Source of the DNA: a virus
Lineage: Duplodnaviria; Caudoviricetes
Reading direction: 5' to 3' (one strand)
IMG/VR virus record: IMGVR_UViG_2829772224_000004
Span: 2,613-66,612 of that record
DNA: 64,000 nucleotides
Shown here: positions 43,801 through 52,422 of the stretch, in pieces
How the letters are laid out: the number at the start of each line of letters is the position of its first letter
Position numbering within the stretch: position 1 is the first letter of the stretch
Translations under genes and position numbers: made by a program
Notes under the pieces: model-generated
The model's input: only the letters and a program-made list of their open reading frames with translations
What the model was told of the DNA's origin: nothing
Database searches by the model: none

Positions 43801-43823
43801 AAGCCAGGCGCAGGGCGATATGA
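40821..43823 (+). CDS. 1000-aa Gly-rich fibre-like structural protein
   Basis: N-terminal beta domain, Gly-rich domain (GGGGGG runs), about 20 repeats of about 20 aa of Gly/Ala/Ser/Thr, and C-terminal 9-aa AENRR-type repeats. Confidence 0.75.
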   Translation: MAIVVVGSAVGSTNPTTSFTITIPSTVRTGDIMVLAATNRGATAAPTVTDNDTGGNTWTRKNSETSKASLWWKRATSATAGKTITVSGMTTASSGGIVVLRFAYPTGDPFDTYSLEDNTSGNETHASITPSVNGCAVGLVVYNTVGARTITTQAATSPTSLVERFDNINTGGNNCGTCLAISNQTTAAATGAVTWAQANDVTTSIVLAIKPDPNVVTSFITATGSGTWTKPSDWSDVNCIEVIGGGGAGEDVTGGGGGGGAYSASFDVTGLNATETVVVGTGGATSSANGADTCFGGTTLAGSIVSAKAGAGSTGTAGGLGGDTSGVGDVKFAGGNGGNGDSGGQGAGGGGAGGIGGAGKNGGNGATGSNDGGGGGGGAGGNMSTAGTNGGANGSPGGAGPYGNGGGAGGSGAGTGGAVGGGGGGGVTTGAAGGVGAEWDNTHGSGGGGGGGGFSGGAGGAGALYGGGGGGGGDTGNGGIGGQGLIVITYAVSAGSAGAAGGTGTASGAGTAIGTASASATGTGTATATGRATCEGVGASSGTGNATAVGIKIDAAVGAGGGSGAATGTGRSTGAGTAAASATGGVTAQGASTAAGSSAASGLGAAAGSGAATTAGVGAASSAGVATGLGSGIGSAAGASTGAATATAAATSVTISSGGGTAGGGSVVSATGQSTGTGTGAAAGLASAAATGRPIAAAIGAASSSGQASASGAATGTGSGSSSATASVQATGRATAGSAGSVSGAGVAAAAAVTISAGAGSASGSSSVSGLSSSASTGLASGNSSVSAVGAAVAGAGGLSTSSGIGAGVGRATAASAASASGSSSAVSQGAGIASAIATSSGAAQASAAGSAIVARAGSATCTAVVAANGGSVSAAIGATTAFGDADGLSSAIGAGVAISSGFGVALSIGSAVAEADGTSSGQSSASGAGHALQGSPTPPERIVELAAENRRAVIAGETRLRVLDAENRRSVLGAEDRRLVLGNEDRSTELPAEARRRAI

Positions 43824-43835
43824 AAGGTTTCACCG

Positions 43836-44117
43836 ATGGCTGAGGTCTGGGAGGCCCCCAAGGATCCCGATGACGTCAAGGATTACGAGCTCGACTGGAC
43901 CGCACGGCTTCCCGGCGACACGATCTCGGGGTCGACGTGGTCAATCGCGGTCGGCACCGGCCTGGTCATCGACAGCTCCTCGCACACGAACACCGTGACG
44001 AAGGTCTGGCTGTCCGCAGGGACCGCCGGCGTAAACTACGAGCTGCTCAATCGTGTCGAGACCACAGGCGGCCGAATCTACGACCAGACCATGAAGCTGA
44101 AGGTCAGGGCGCGATGA
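43836..44117 (+). CDS. Small fibre adaptor-like protein
   Basis: PKDPDDVKDYELDW...ISGSTW...KVWLSAGTAG..Y.L.NRV.T.GGR; typically follows such fibre genes. Confidence 0.65.
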   Translation: MAEVWEAPKDPDDVKDYELDWTARLPGDTISGSTWSIAVGTGLVIDSSSHTNTVTKVWLSAGTAGVNYELLNRVETTGGRIYDQTMKLKVRAR

Positions 44118-44437
44118 CGCCGGCGGAGATGATCGCCGATCTCGACGCCGCCCTGCTCGAAGCGGGATCAACGATCCAGCTCCGGAAGACCAACACCGCG
44201 GTTGGACAGATTTCGGTCCGGGCGCGCGTCCGCTTCTACAAACCGGACGAGATAGTCGGGATCATCCAGCAAGGCGACAGCAAGGTCGTGCTGTCGCCGA
44301 CCGGGCTCGGTGCATTCGGGGTGCCGCCGCAGAACGGGTTCGTCGTCGTCGATGGGGCGCCACGCCGGATCGTATCGGCCAACCCGATCGAGATCGTGGA
44401 CACGCTTGTCCGCATCGAGTTGCAGGTCAGAGGCTAA
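44114..44437 (+). CDS. Putative head-tail joining protein
   Basis: Position; IQQGDSKVVLSP. Confidence 0.6.
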   Translation: MTPAEMIADLDAALLEAGSTIQLRKTNTAVGQISVRARVRFYKPDEIVGIIQQGDSKVVLSPTGLGAFGVPPQNGFVVVDGAPRRIVSANPIEIVDTLVRIELQVRG

Positions 44438-45030
44438 TGGCGCGCACCGCCGGGATCGGCCAGCAGTTCCGCATCGCGACGCAAGCCACCCTCGAGGAAA
44501 CCCGGAAGCAGCTCGTCAAGGTCGCGAAGCGCGAGCACGCCCGCGTGATGGGGACCGATCCGCGGCCGACATCGTTTCAGCGGTTTGTCGATGGCCGTGT
44601 TGGTGCCGTCGAAGAGGCTGTGAAAGCGGACGGGATCATCCACTACGTCTATCCACGCCTCGACATCGTCGCCCAATTCGCGATGGAGACGCTGTTCGAC
44701 CGGTCCCCGCTCCTCTCCGGCGAATATCGGATGGCGCACCAGCTCTTCCTGAATGGAGCCGCGGTGTCGAATCTCAAGGGTTGGAGTACCGGCGATGAGG
44801 TCTCGATCAGCAATCCCTTGCCCTACAGCAGGAAGATCGAAGTCGGCTCGATGACGATGCGGGTGCCCGGTACATCTCGCGTCTATCAGGAAACCGCGAA
44901 GATCGTACAGGGGCGCTTCGGCAATCTGGCCAGCGTCGTTTTCACATTCCGGGCCGTCGTCGGTGGCGCCATTCGCGGCTCCAAGGCGCGCGATCTCCGG
45001 TATCCCGTCCTCGTCATCACGGAACGCTGA
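44437..45030 (+). CDS. Putative neck/tail completion protein
   Basis: SPLLSGEYRMAH, ISNPLPYSRKIE resemble the HK97 gp10-like pattern. Confidence 0.55.
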   Translation: MARTAGIGQQFRIATQATLEETRKQLVKVAKREHARVMGTDPRPTSFQRFVDGRVGAVEEAVKADGIIHYVYPRLDIVAQFAMETLFDRSPLLSGEYRMAHQLFLNGAAVSNLKGWSTGDEVSISNPLPYSRKIEVGSMTMRVPGTSRVYQETAKIVQGRFGNLASVVFTFRAVVGGAIRGSKARDLRYPVLVITER

Positions 45031-45031
45031 T

Positions 45032-45484
45032 ATGGCCGACTATGCAGGCGCCAAAGCCGCGATCCGCGCGCGGCTCGAGGCCGGTTGGACGACGACACGG
45101 ATCACCGTCCAGAACGAACAGCCCGCTGCCCCGTGGCCACCAGTCGATGTCGACGGTGTCCTGCAGCCGTGGATCCAACTTGAGGTCGTCGGTCTCGGAA
45201 GCAGCATCTGGACTTTCGGGACCCCTGGCAATCGTGGCTGGCGGTATCCCGGCACGATCTACGTCCATGTCTTCGCCCCGGTTGGTAGCGGCGAGGCCAC
45301 CGCCAATCAGTATGCGGTTGCCATCGGCGAAATCTTCCGAGCCGCGAAATTCTATGAGGACGGACAGGGATCCTACGTCCGCTCTCTTTCACCGCAGGTC
45401 GACGACGGCGACAGCGGGTCCGATGACGGGAACTGGTTCCGCGTCACGATGTCCGTCGATTTCACGTACTGGCATCGCGGCTGA
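45032..45484 (+). CDS. Putative tail terminator protein
   Basis: Position before the tail tube; PGTIYVHVFAPVGSG, WFRVTMSVDF. Confidence 0.65.
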   Translation: MADYAGAKAAIRARLEAGWTTTRITVQNEQPAAPWPPVDVDGVLQPWIQLEVVGLGSSIWTFGTPGNRGWRYPGTIYVHVFAPVGSGEATANQYAVAIGEIFRAAKFYEDGQGSYVRSLSPQVDDGDSGSDDGNWFRVTMSVDFTYWHRG

Positions 45485-45508
45485 TCCGCATCTCCAAGGA
45501 GCCCAATC

Positions 45509-46744
45509 ATGGCATATTCTCAGAATTGGAACGGCTACGCCGCTGCCAAGGTTCAGGCCGGGCAAGGCAGCCAGGCCAGCGGCGGATCTGCAAAGGTCAT
45601 CCGCCAGACCGGCGGCCAGGGTGGCAGGCTTTCGAAGGCCCCCATCGAAAGCCAGGAAGTCAGGCGCGACGGCCTCTCGACCCGTGGACGCCATGGGCTC
45701 CAGAAGACCAACGGCCAATATTCCAGCGAGCTTTCCATCGCCGGCTTCGACGACATTTTCGAAGCCGTGATGCGCGGCACCTGGGGTTCCGCCAACCTGG
45801 CGATCACCGAAGCCACGGCCGGTCTGACCAGCATCACCACGGGTGCCAACACCATCGTGGCCGCCGCTGGATCATGGATCACGGCTGGTCTCCGTGTCGG
45901 CGACGTCGTCGTGCTTACCGGCCATTCGACGGCCGGTAACAACGGCCGCAACCTCAGGATCACCGCGCTGACCGCCACCACAATGACAGTCGCGGAAACG
46001 CTCATCGTCAATGCGGTCGCCGATACCGCGTTCACGATCACCCGTACAGGGCGTGTCCTCGTCAACCCGGGCGCCGGCGCGCTGGTGAAGCGATATTTCA
46101 CAATCGAGGAGCACGAATACGATCTAGACCAGTCCGAATTGTTCACTGACGCGGTCTGGAGTTCCTTCCGGCTGTCGATGCAACCCAACGGGTTGCTTAT
46201 GCTCGATACTTCCTGGGTCGGCACCGGTCAGTTCGACGCCTTGGCTTCGGGATCGTCGCCCCACTTCACGTCACCGACGACGTCAACCGGGGAGCCGCTT
46301 GCGGTCGTCGAGGCCGTGGTTCGCATGGGTGGTGTCGACATGATCGACCTCACCTCGTTCGATCTGTCCGTGGATATCCAGGGCGTGTCCCCCGATGTCA
46401 TCAGCGCGACGCCATATGCCCCGGATGTCTTCACCGGTACCGAGTTGGTGTCGATGAACCTGTCGATGCTGCGCAAGGATCTGCTCACCGTAGCCGACTT
46501 CATCAACGAAAACCCACTGTCACTGCATATTCTGGCACAAGAGAACGAGGCTGCCCCGGCGAGCTTTGTCTCGATCTTCGTACCCAACTTTACTCTGGGT
46601 TCCGTCGACAAGTCGGCGCTTGCCAAGGCAGGTGGCCCCCGCACCCAGACGATTTCGGTCCCGCCGGCGCTCGTCGGCATCGACAGCAGGGGCGGCGCAT
46701 ACGACGCCACCGCCCTCAAGATCCAGGTCAGCAACGCAACCTGA
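45509..46744 (+). CDS. Tail tube (major tail) protein with inserted beta domain
   Basis: 411 aa Thr/Gly-rich, S.E.RRDG...GRHG, YFTIEE; position. Confidence 0.8.
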   Translation: MAYSQNWNGYAAAKVQAGQGSQASGGSAKVIRQTGGQGGRLSKAPIESQEVRRDGLSTRGRHGLQKTNGQYSSELSIAGFDDIFEAVMRGTWGSANLAITEATAGLTSITTGANTIVAAAGSWITAGLRVGDVVVLTGHSTAGNNGRNLRITALTATTMTVAETLIVNAVADTAFTITRTGRVLVNPGAGALVKRYFTIEEHEYDLDQSELFTDAVWSSFRLSMQPNGLLMLDTSWVGTGQFDALASGSSPHFTSPTTSTGEPLAVVEAVVRMGGVDMIDLTSFDLSVDIQGVSPDVISATPYAPDVFTGTELVSMNLSMLRKDLLTVADFINENPLSLHILAQENEAAPASFVSIFVPNFTLGSVDKSALAKAGGPRTQTISVPPALVGIDSRGGAYDATALKIQVSNAT

Positions 46745-46772
46745 AGCTCCTAAAACGGAAAGGTAACCACCC

Positions 46773-46967
46773 ATGAAAGCGAAGGAAAAGGCTATCCGCG
46801 ACGCCGCCGAGGCGCTGCGCGTCGCGATCGTCGACGGCCAGGCAACAGGCATCGCCGTGACTTGGCCGCCGCGCCGCGTCGCCGATCTCTCCGCGCTGGA
46901 GATCAGCGACACCGGCAAGGCAGCCGATGAACCCGCCGAAAGCGCCAAAGCGCCGCCGAAGAAATAG
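46773..46967 (+). CDS. Small hypothetical protein
   Basis: RBS-like sequence upstream; 64 aa. Confidence 0.55.
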   Translation: MKAKEKAIRDAAEALRVAIVDGQATGIAVTWPPRRVADLSALEISDTGKAADEPAESAKAPPKK

Positions 46968-47063
46968 GCCAGATCCGGCCCCACAGCTGGACGAGTCGCA
47001 TGCGAAAGGCGGGGCGGTGTGTGGGCGCCGCCTCGCCACCTTTCCCACAAAGGACAATCCCCC

Positions 47064-47534
47064 ATGACGAAAGCACCTGAAACCGACGCCGGGTTCGTCG
47101 ACATCACCGGCTTCGCGCCCGTTGATACGATCCGCTACGAGGTCTTGAAGCCCGGTACGACTGTAGGTACCGGCTGGTTTATCGAAATCGCGGACGAGAG
47201 CCATCCGAACGCGATGGCTTGGTCGAACGAACTCGCTCGCAAGAACCTGAAGCGCCGGGCCAACCTTGAAGCCCAGCAGCTCAATGGCAGGAAGATCAAG
47301 GCCGAGGAACGGGATCCTGAGGAGCAAAAGCGGGAAAACATCGGCTGGGTTGTCAGCCGCATCGTCGGTTGGACGCCGGTGAAGCTCGCATTTATCTCGC
47401 CGGATCCGATCACCTATTCGGAAGACGCCGCCTACAAGGTGTTCATGCACCCTAAGATGGGGTGGGCTTTGGGGCAGCTCGTCGATGTCATCGGTGACGA
47501 AAAGGCTTTTACGAAGGCCTTGCCGAAGCCCTAG
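47064..47534 (+). CDS. Tail assembly chaperone (gpG-like)
   Basis: Between tube and tape measure; ends ...DEKAFTKALPKP. Confidence 0.75.
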   Translation: MTKAPETDAGFVDITGFAPVDTIRYEVLKPGTTVGTGWFIEIADESHPNAMAWSNELARKNLKRRANLEAQQLNGRKIKAEERDPEEQKRENIGWVVSRIVGWTPVKLAFISPDPITYSEDAAYKVFMHPKMGWALGQLVDVIGDEKAFTKALPKP

Positions 47535-47896
47535 AGGCTCACGCCAAGGCATATTTCGCACTTACCGCGCCGGACACCGACGGGATCTCGGCGCGGGATC
47601 ACATCGAGGGTCTCCTCGATAGAGCCCGGACCCCGGAGCGCCGAGAGCAGCTCGAGACCGAGCTCGACCTTCCTCCGCTGCCTTGGTGCCTCGTCTACCT
47701 CTGGAGCCGCTTCAACCGCCTGTCCAATCGCCGAGGCACCAACGGCTTCGGTCCCTCCCTCCTCACCTATCCCGAGATCGATGCATTCCAGCGGCTGACC
47801 GGCTTCAGGTTCACGCCCTGGGAGATCGAAATGATCGAGATGCTCGATCATGCCTATATCGCGGCGCGAGCCGAGGCGAAAGATTCAGGTGGCTAG
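47498..47896 (+). CDS. Second tail chaperone frame (gpT-like), reachable by -1 frameshift; not in ORF track
   Basis: Startless -1 frame open 47498-47896: ...GFYEGLAEALEAHAKAYF...LPPLPWCLVYLWSRFNRLSNRRGTNGFGPSLLTYPEIDAFQRLTG...PWEIEMIEMLD. Confidence 0.75.
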   Translation, partial: RKGFYEGLAEALEAHAKAYFALTAPDTDGISARDHIEGLLDRARTPERREQLETELDLPPLPWCLVYLWSRFNRLSNRRGTNGFGPSLLTYPEIDAFQRLTGFRFTPWEIEMIEMLDHAYIAARAEAKDSGG

Positions 47897-48216
47897 CCTG
47901 GGCATCCCGCACCGCTCATGATCAGCCGCTTGTACGGCGGCAGATACTGGAACGGCGCGAATCCGACATATCCGCCGTAACCGTTCTTGGCGTTGAACTC
48001 GCCGCAGACCGCTTCGTAGTCAGCTCCGACCGGCGTGAACATTCGGAGCCGGCGCAGCTGTCCTGATCCGGGGTCAGACAGTCGATCCGACATCGCTGCT
48101 ACGACCTCCTTGAGCATCACGTCACCCACGGATGCTGTGGAATCGTCGACGACGACCTGCGCCTGAGCAGGCAGGCCCATCGCCCCGAGGATCACCAGTA
48201 CGCCCAATGTGCGCAT
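47893..48216 (-). CDS. Secreted small protein, moron
   Basis: Signal peptide (MRTLGVLVILGAMGLPAQA) and VCGEFNAKNGYGGYVGF motif; convergent with the chaperone. Confidence 0.75.
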   Translation of the reverse strand: MRTLGVLVILGAMGLPAQAQVVVDDSTASVGDVMLKEVVAAMSDRLSDPGSGQLRRLRMFTPVGADYEAVCGEFNAKNGYGGYVGFAPFQYLPPYKRLIMSGAGCPG

Positions 48217-48271
48217 TTTGCTTGGCCCCACAAACTCCAGGCCAGCATACCCAACAGTCAGAAGGCAGACA

Positions 48272-51200
48272 ATGAATGCCGTCGTAACCGAACTCACCAT
48301 CGATGCGCGCGGCGCGACGCAGGGTTCCGCCGAATACGTTCGGGCCATGGCGGTTGCCCAGGCTGCCGTCGATCGGTTGAGGGATCGTGAGGACAAGCTG
48401 GCTGCTGGTGCTGGCAAGGCCACCGACATGCTCATGGTCCAATCGGCCTCGATTGGGCGTGTCGCCGCATCGTGGGATCGGCTGCGGGCATCTATCGACC
48501 CCGTCACCCGGGCAGAGGTAGCGGCGGCTCGTGAGCTCGACAGAGCCATGTTGACGGCCGATTCCGCGGTGAAACGTGGTGTCACCTCGCAGCAGGATGC
48601 TGCTCGCGTGATCTCTGCACTGCGCCAGAAGCAGATCGTCGAACTCAACGCGGTGCGGGAGGCTCAGCAGCGATTGAACTCGACGATGGCGGATACCCCC
48701 GTCATCGCCGCCAACCAGAACAGGGGCTTCGCAAACGACAACCGATACAATACCGCGAACGTCGCGGCCCAGTTCCAAGACATAGCTGTCACCTCGGCGA
48801 TGGGGATGTCGCCGCTACAGATCGCCTTGCAGCAGGGCACCCAGCTATCCGCTGTCCTCGGACAGCAGGGCGCCGCTGGCGCTGCCCGAACGCTCGCTTC
48901 CGCGCTTTTTTCGATCATCAGCCCGGTGTCACTGATCACCATCGGATTGGTCGGCGCCGCGGCCGCAGCGATTCAGTATTTTTCGAAGTCAAAGGCCGAA
49001 ACGAAATCGCTGGATGACGTGCTCAAGGAGCACGAGAAGGCAATTGGCCGGGTTCGCGATCTCTGGGGCGAAGCCGCAGACCAGCGGAGCAAGTACGGCC
49101 GCGAAAGCACCGGAGCGGTCACCTTCGGGCTCGAGAGCAACCTCACCGAATTGGTGAAACGGCTCCGCGATGCCAACAAGCCGACCATGTTCGGCGCCGG
49201 CGCTATCGGCGAGGCCGTCACCTCTGCGATCAACAAGAACCTGGATATCACCGGTTTCGGCGCCCGCGAATTCCGTGGCACCACGCTGTTCAAGACGCTG
49301 CAGATCGATTTCGAGGCGCTGCAGAACGCAACCATTCAGGGCCGGCCCGATGTGCTCGGGCTCATCAAGAACCTCGAAGAGATCGGTCAGACATCTGCGA
49401 ACGCAGGTATCAAGGCAATCGCAGCCGATGCCATCGCGGCGCTGGCCCCATTCAAGGATCTCGCCGAGGCGATCCAGGCCGCCGACCGGGAGCTGAAACG
49501 TCTCTTCAACGACCGCGGCCCCAACGGGATGCTGTTGTCGCGCGGCCAGACCAATCGTGACGACATGGGCAATTTCGCCCTGTTCGAGGCTCAGGAGGCA
49601 GTCGCTGCGGCGCGGCGACGTGCCGCTGCACAGGCGCAGCTCGATGCTTTGTTGGCGAGATCTCCGGCCGATAAGGCAGCTGCGGCTCGTGCAGCGGCGG
49701 CGGCACAGTACAATGACAGCGAAAGTGCGGCGGCGCGTGCGGATCGCATCGACATCGCTGGTAAGCTGGCGCTGGCGGAGGCCGAAAAGGCACTCGCCGA
49801 AGCACGTCGAGACCGGGCTCGCTCCCTCGAAGAGACTTTGGCGTCGCAGCAGCTCGAACTTGGTCTCATCGGACAGACCGTCGGCGAGGTTGCCCGGCTC
49901 CGCATGGAATACGACCTCACTGCGAAACTGCGTGAGGAGGCCGCAAGGAACGGGATCGAGGCCGACCAGAAGGAAATCGACCTCATCAAGCAGAAGGCGG
50001 CCGAATATGGTCGCTACGCCGAAGAGATCGCCCGCACCAATCTCCTCCGCGAGGTTCAGTTCGAGCGGGAACAGATGTTCCGGAGTGCAGGCGATCAGGA
50101 GATCGCGTCCCGCCTCCGCGGTGCCGGTCTTCCAATCGATCTCAATTCCGATATCGCCAGAGCGATCCGGGAGAACCAACGGATCGAGCAGCTTCGCGCG
50201 GGCATCCGCGGCTTCTTCGACGACTTCCAGGCAGGATTGATGCAGGGTGACTCCTTCGGGAAGGCCCTTGGCAACGCGATCTTGAACGCCCTCAACAGGG
50301 CCTTGGACAACGTTCTCGACAAGCTACTGAACTCGATCGTGGACTCGCTCGTCGGCGGCGCCACTGGAGGCAGCGCCGGCGGTGGCGTCGTCGGTGCCAT
50401 CCTCGGCGCCATAGGGCTTGGCGGGAAGTCCGGCGGTGGTGGTGCGGATCCCTGGAGCGCGCTGCGCGACGTCACATCGGGATCGGCTGTCACCCGCATG
50501 TTTGCGCCGGCGAACTCGAACACTGACATGTCGATCTTCCGACAGGCGATCTCGGCAATCGAGAGCCTTGGCAGCGGTGGATATTCGGCGCTGGGTCCTT
50601 GGACGAAAGGTGACCGAGCCTATGGGGCCTATCAGGTCATGGGCGCCAACATTCCTTCATGGACGAAACAGGCTCTCGGCACTTCGATGACGCCGGGCCA
50701 GTTCCTCGCGAACCCGCGCGCCCAGGATTCTGTGTTCGATCATTTCTTCGGGAAATCGCTGGCGAAATACGGGAACCCTCAGGATGCCGCGTCGGTGTGG
50801 TTCACGGGGCGGCCGCTAAGCGGTGGGGCCGGTGCCAAGGATGTCCTCGGCACCTCAGGTTCCGTCTATGTCGACAAGTTCAACGCCCAGCTCGACAAGC
50901 TGGGTGGCTCCGCTGAAAAAACGGCGTCGGCGATGCTGCGGACCGGCACCGCCGGCAATCAGGCCGCCCAGGGCCTCCAGCAGACCACAGGCGGCCTGTC
51001 AGGGTTCGCTCAGCAGCTCCAATCATTCATGGGATCGGCACAGGGCGGCGGTTCGTCGTGGTTCAAGGGCCTGTCCGGAATGTTCGGGGGCGTCGGCGGC
51101 GCCTTCAGCTTCATGAATTCGATCTCGCCACTGGCCACCATGGACATCCTGTCAGGGTCCTGGGGGCTGTTTCATGATGGGGGCGTCGCTGGCTATGCGA

Positions 51201-51562
51201 CCAGGTCTCGTGCCGGCGTCGATCCTCGAGTCTTCATCGGGGCTCCTCGCTACCATAACGGAACCCCGGGTGCTGGGCTCGGCCATGACGAAGTGCCCGC
51301 CATCCTTCGGCGTGGGGAGCCGGTGTTCAAGTCGTTTGAGCACGCCCGCCAGGTCGTCGGTGGCAACAAGGTGAGCATCAACATCAACAACCTCGGGGGC
51401 GCCTCGGTGCAAGCGGAATCCAGGGAACAGGCAGATGGAACCACGGCGATCGACATCATTGTCGACCGTGTCGTCGCCGAAAAGCTGTCGCGACGCGGCA
51501 CCGCGGCCAACAACACGCTGCGGACCCAGTTCGGGGCACGCGAAGCTCTGAAGAGGCGGTAA
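48272..51562 (+). CDS. Tape measure protein with lysozyme-like domain
   Basis: NVAAQFQDIAVTSAMGMSPLQIALQQGTQ lambda-TMP motif; AISAIES.GSGGY...AYGAYQVM transglycosylase-like segment; FHDGG...DEVPAILRRGE tail. Confidence 0.93.
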   Translation: MNAVVTELTIDARGATQGSAEYVRAMAVAQAAVDRLRDREDKLAAGAGKATDMLMVQSASIGRVAASWDRLRASIDPVTRAEVAAARELDRAMLTADSAVKRGVTSQQDAARVISALRQKQIVELNAVREAQQRLNSTMADTPVIAANQNRGFANDNRYNTANVAAQFQDIAVTSAMGMSPLQIALQQGTQLSAVLGQQGAAGAARTLASALFSIISPVSLITIGLVGAAAAAIQYFSKSKAETKSLDDVLKEHEKAIGRVRDLWGEAADQRSKYGRESTGAVTFGLESNLTELVKRLRDANKPTMFGAGAIGEAVTSAINKNLDITGFGAREFRGTTLFKTLQIDFEALQNATIQGRPDVLGLIKNLEEIGQTSANAGIKAIAADAIAALAPFKDLAEAIQAADRELKRLFNDRGPNGMLLSRGQTNRDDMGNFALFEAQEAVAAARRRAAAQAQLDALLARSPADKAAAARAAAAAQYNDSESAAARADRIDIAGKLALAEAEKALAEARRDRARSLEETLASQQLELGLIGQTVGEVARLRMEYDLTAKLREEAARNGIEADQKEIDLIKQKAAEYGRYAEEIARTNLLREVQFEREQMFRSAGDQEIASRLRGAGLPIDLNSDIARAIRENQRIEQLRAGIRGFFDDFQAGLMQGDSFGKALGNAILNALNRALDNVLDKLLNSIVDSLVGGATGGSAGGGVVGAILGAIGLGGKSGGGGADPWSALRDVTSGSAVTRMFAPANSNTDMSIFRQAISAIESLGSGGYSALGPWTKGDRAYGAYQVMGANIPSWTKQALGTSMTPGQFLANPRAQDSVFDHFFGKSLAKYGNPQDAASVWFTGRPLSGGAGAKDVLGTSGSVYVDKFNAQLDKLGGSAEKTASAMLRTGTAGNQAAQGLQQTTGGLSGFAQQLQSFMGSAQGGGSSWFKGLSGMFGGVGGAFSFMNSISPLATMDILSGSWGLFHDGGVAGYATRSRAGVDPRVFIGAPRYHNGTPGAGLGHDEVPAILRRGEPVFKSFEHARQVVGGNKVSININNLGGASVQAESREQADGTTAIDIIVDRVVAEKLSRRGTAANNTLRTQFGAREALKRR

Positions 51563-51918
51563 TGGTCGCTGCTTGGCCGGCGACGCTGCCGCAGTATCTT
51601 CTGACCGAGGGCTATTCCGAGGCACAGGGCGACGGGCGCCTCCGGACCCAGCCCGATCTTGGCCCCGCCAAGGTGCGGCGCCGGTCATCGTCGATGCCGG
51701 GGCCCCTCCAGGGCCGCATGACCATGTCGGGGGCTCAACGTACCATTCTCGACGATTTCGTAGAGACGACGCTGGCCGGCGGCACGCTGCCTTTCACGTT
51801 CCCGGATCCGCTGACCCGGGCCCCGATCCTTGTGCGATTTAGCGCCAATCTGCCGGCCTGGTCGAGCCCAGGCGGCGACACCTTTATTGCCGCGCTTGAT
51901 CTCGAGGTGTTGCCTTGA
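51562..51918 (+). CDS. Distal tail protein-like
   Basis: WPATLPQ...LRTQPD.GPAKVRRR...F...L.GGTLPFTFPDP. Confidence 0.75.
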   Translation: MVAAWPATLPQYLLTEGYSEAQGDGRLRTQPDLGPAKVRRRSSSMPGPLQGRMTMSGAQRTILDDFVETTLAGGTLPFTFPDPLTRAPILVRFSANLPAWSSPGGDTFIAALDLEVLP

Positions 51919-52418
51919 GCCGAACGGTCTCGATTACCCTTCGGCAGGCAATGAACTCGCAGGAAACCGGCGAGGTCATGGTTGGATTGCTGACCCTGAC
52001 ACATCCCTCGTTTCCGACGCCGCTTCTTCTCAGCAGCGATCCCACGGAGCGTCTTTCCGACGAGCCATTGACCTATGGGACCATCAGCCGGGGCGACACT
52101 TATACGTTTTGTCCAATGGTGGTCTCGCTTCCCGACGATCTCGGGGAACGGGCGCCGGCGGCCCGCTTCATGGTCGAGAACGTCAGTCGGAAAATCGTCG
52201 AGCAGATCCGCGGAATCTCCAGTCCCGGCATCGCCAAGCTCGAGCTGGTGCTGGGGAGTTCGCCGGATAACGTCGAGATCGGCTACCCGGACTTCCAGGT
52301 CAGCCGCGCCCAATACAACGCGAACGTGATCACCCTCGAGGTCTCGATCGACGCCCTCACCGACGAGCCATACCCGGCCGAGACCTTCAACCCCAGTGGT
52401 TTCCCAGGACTGTTCTGA
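51915..52418 (+). CDS. Tail tip protein (DUF1833-like)
   Basis: LLTLTHP, F.P..V.LPDD, NVSR, EPYP...F.PS.FPGLF. Confidence 0.75.
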   Translation: MSRTVSITLRQAMNSQETGEVMVGLLTLTHPSFPTPLLLSSDPTERLSDEPLTYGTISRGDTYTFCPMVVSLPDDLGERAPAARFMVENVSRKIVEQIRGISSPGIAKLELVLGSSPDNVEIGYPDFQVSRAQYNANVITLEVSIDALTDEPYPAETFNPSGFPGLF

Positions 52419-52422
52419 TCTC

